From the NCBI RefSeq assembly GCF_006345805.1, contig NC_042998.1, positions 37,696,001 through 37,760,000 on the forward strand: a stretch of 64,000 nt of DNA, given 5' to 3'. This stretch comes from Octopus sinensis (taxonomy: Eukaryota). This document shows, one piece after another, positions 61,622 through 64,000 of this stretch. Made by a program: the position numbers and the translations under genes. Below the pieces are notes generated by a model. It was not told where the DNA came from, did not search any database, and saw only the letters and a program-made list of their open reading frames with translations. Numbering within the stretch: position 1 is the stretch's first letter; each line of letters begins with the position of its first letter.

Positions 61622-63096
61622 GTAAGTGAGGTCAATCAGGATGAGAAGATGAATCTACGGGCATGTGTGTGTGTGTATCACTTTCAAGTTCATTTCCACA
61701 CATTTTCTATAAAATCCAGAGCCAGCCTCTCCAAATTACAACGTTTGGTATACGAATACGTTTCTATAAACAATGCGATTGAAGATAGATAAGAATAGCT
61801 AATGGGTGTTTATGCATATTTCGAAAGTCATTGCTCGAGAAATATGCATATAAACACATTACCTGATTTTTTTCTATCTTTATTCACAATGTTTACAAGG
61901 ACGTATTCGTCTACGAAACGTCGTAACTTTTATTCCTGCCTCCAGATTATGGAATGTCATTTAAACGTTTGTAAGAGAGCTGGAAATAAACGGTCAAATA
62001 CGAAAGCAATTTGAATTTGAAGTGATATATCTCTGGTGCTAGTGAACCTACAGCGTACCATTCGAATACAATTTTGTTTTCAAATAACTGAGAAAATATT
62101 TTCACCAAAAATTGTTTCATCAAATTTGAGTAAAAGACATTATGTAGGTTATATAAGAAACCTTCGTGTTAATTTTTGCATCAACTATTAAAGTAGGTAG
62201 ACTTTTAGATTCCACGTGTCTCTGTCGTTACAGACCAGTAACGTGAAACCCAAACTTTAAACCCAATCCTCAAATAATCTTCAATGATAATCCGCATAAA
62301 TCAGGTTTAAGGAGACTTTGATAACAGCTTTCCAATTTACTATAGAGAGTAGATTTGTTGACACCGATCAGTGAAAAAGCCGATACAATTTCTGAATTGA
62401 GGTTTAAAATGTAACTGAATATTACCCCTGTTCATAGTCCATAACAAAACACAGGGTTGTGTGTTTCAACGGTCGGTCAGTATGTCCATACTCGAATACA
62501 CATACATAAACGAAATAACACTCTGACCCTATAGCTATCAATTAGTGAGGGCGGCAAGTGATAAAGTACCTATGATTGTGTCGGAAAAGTGAAAGATTAA
62601 TTACATTTAAGTAAAGTGATCCCAACTTTCCAGAGTTTCTACCTGTTCATTGTGTTATTCATCCGGAACATTTGGCACGGAGATGCTTTGAATTCGAAAA
62701 TGTTAAGAAATCTACCATAGAAAATGACAGATTTATACTTAAATCAAAAGACTCAACGGAATTTTAGAAATGTTATCGAATAACTGACGTTTGAAGTTAA
62801 GTTCACTGATGTCTCTCAGTTGCATTGTGAGGTGCCTGTCAATCAGCGCCATCTTATTACTTTCCTTAAATATAAGTTATTATTCTCGAAAATAGAATGA
62901 TGAACAGATGTAAGATCTGAGGTTCCTTACTGGTGTAATGAATCAAGTAGAAACTCTGAAATTAGTAGCACTAGAGCAGGAAGGATTATATTCATTGTGA
63001 TCTTACCAAAGTAATTTTTACTTTCAAAATAAACTGAGAAATTTTCAAAGAAACGTATTGTCGAAAACTTCATTCGCTTCTACTATCTCATTATCT

Positions 63097-63099
<3 letters not shown>

Positions 63100-63145
<46 letters not shown>

Positions 63146-63265
63146 CACATATATATATACATATACACACACATATATATATATACATATACACACACAT
63201 ATATATATACATACACACACACATACATACACACACACACCACACATATACATACACACACATAT

Positions 63266-63302
<37 letters not shown>

Positions 63303-63332
63303 TATATATATATATAATATATATATATATAA
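63100..63332. repeat. Compound (TA)n/(CA)n microsatellite
   Basis: Directly visible. Confidence 0.95.
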
Positions 63333-64000
63333 AAGAAAGCAAGTGAAAGAATACAAAGACAATTTACAATGACAACTTTATAATTTCCTGACGGGATTTG
63401 ATGACTTACGTTAACTTCTGAGTCTGTCTTGCATATCCATTCACAACTAATTTGTCAATGCTCGTTTTCTCAAACCGCTGGTTACGGAGTCATCTTCTAT
63501 AGAATTGCAATTTATAGCATTACAAGACAACCTGGGTCTAAAGATGATTCACACAATACAGTTTATAATTAAGTTCTAGAAAAACAAGTTCAAGAAATAA
63601 ATTGTCCTCAACTTTCACCGCAAAATACTGCTGTGGATTTCTGCATTCTGAAATTAAGTTTATGATGTCAATGTATCGTACTTTTGAAACACCTGACGGA
63701 GATAATTCTTAATGCTTACACAACAGGTAAATTTGGCGGTGTTTTCAAAAGCAGGCAGCCAAGATGGCCATCTACAAGAACTCGGCTGATAATAACTAGC
63801 GATTATGAAAGTTTTGTAAATCTGGCATTCCCACTAACCAAAAAGTATAGATTACGATCTGAAGATTATCGTATGAGGCACTCAAATGATGTTTGGCCAC
63901 AGTTGATATATAATTGCATGAATGTATGCATAAATGTATGTGTGTTGCGAACAGAGAAAGACAGAGAGGGACACAAACAGTGAGAGAGAGTGGTACACGA

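Noticed and set aside
63684-63983. 99-aa ORF starting at TTG
   Set aside because: No ATG start, no recognisable domain, and it runs into a microsatellite
1-64000. CRISPR-like or prokaryotic defence system
   Set aside because: No regularly spaced repeat-spacer array, operon structure or cas-like ORF; the DNA is eukaryotic repeat-rich

Overview
AT-rich, microsatellite-dense animal genomic DNA. The SINE families and repeat texture point to an octopod cephalopod (Octopus sp.; inferred). It is probably intronic or intergenic: no intact protein-coding gene is recognisable, and nearly all ORF-track entries are microsatellite artefacts or transposon remnants. The window holds about 40 tRNA-derived SINE copies from four families (working names M, R, C, V), 3' ends of (AAT)n-associated R4/Dong-type RLE retrotransposons, RTE-like pieces, Tc1/mariner derivatives and Penelope-like (PLE) remnants. 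Most interesting signal: about 10 minimal type-I hammerhead-ribozyme motifs from several unrelated sequence families. Most sit in short (~200-300 bp) defined-end elements inserted in (TA)n tracts, and all have a loop-less palindromic helix III, the dimer-cleaving architecture known from PLE pseudo-LTRs. The commonest family has a variant core (CUG-Y-N-GA-A) with conserved stems and variable loops. Second signal: two independent SINE-M '1.7-mers' share the same internal junction and each is bracketed by a single target-site duplication, implying a multimeric or circular RNA template. Several long fold-back palindromes are candidate ADAR or small-RNA substrates. All structure calls were made by eye and need covariance-model and biochemical confirmation.
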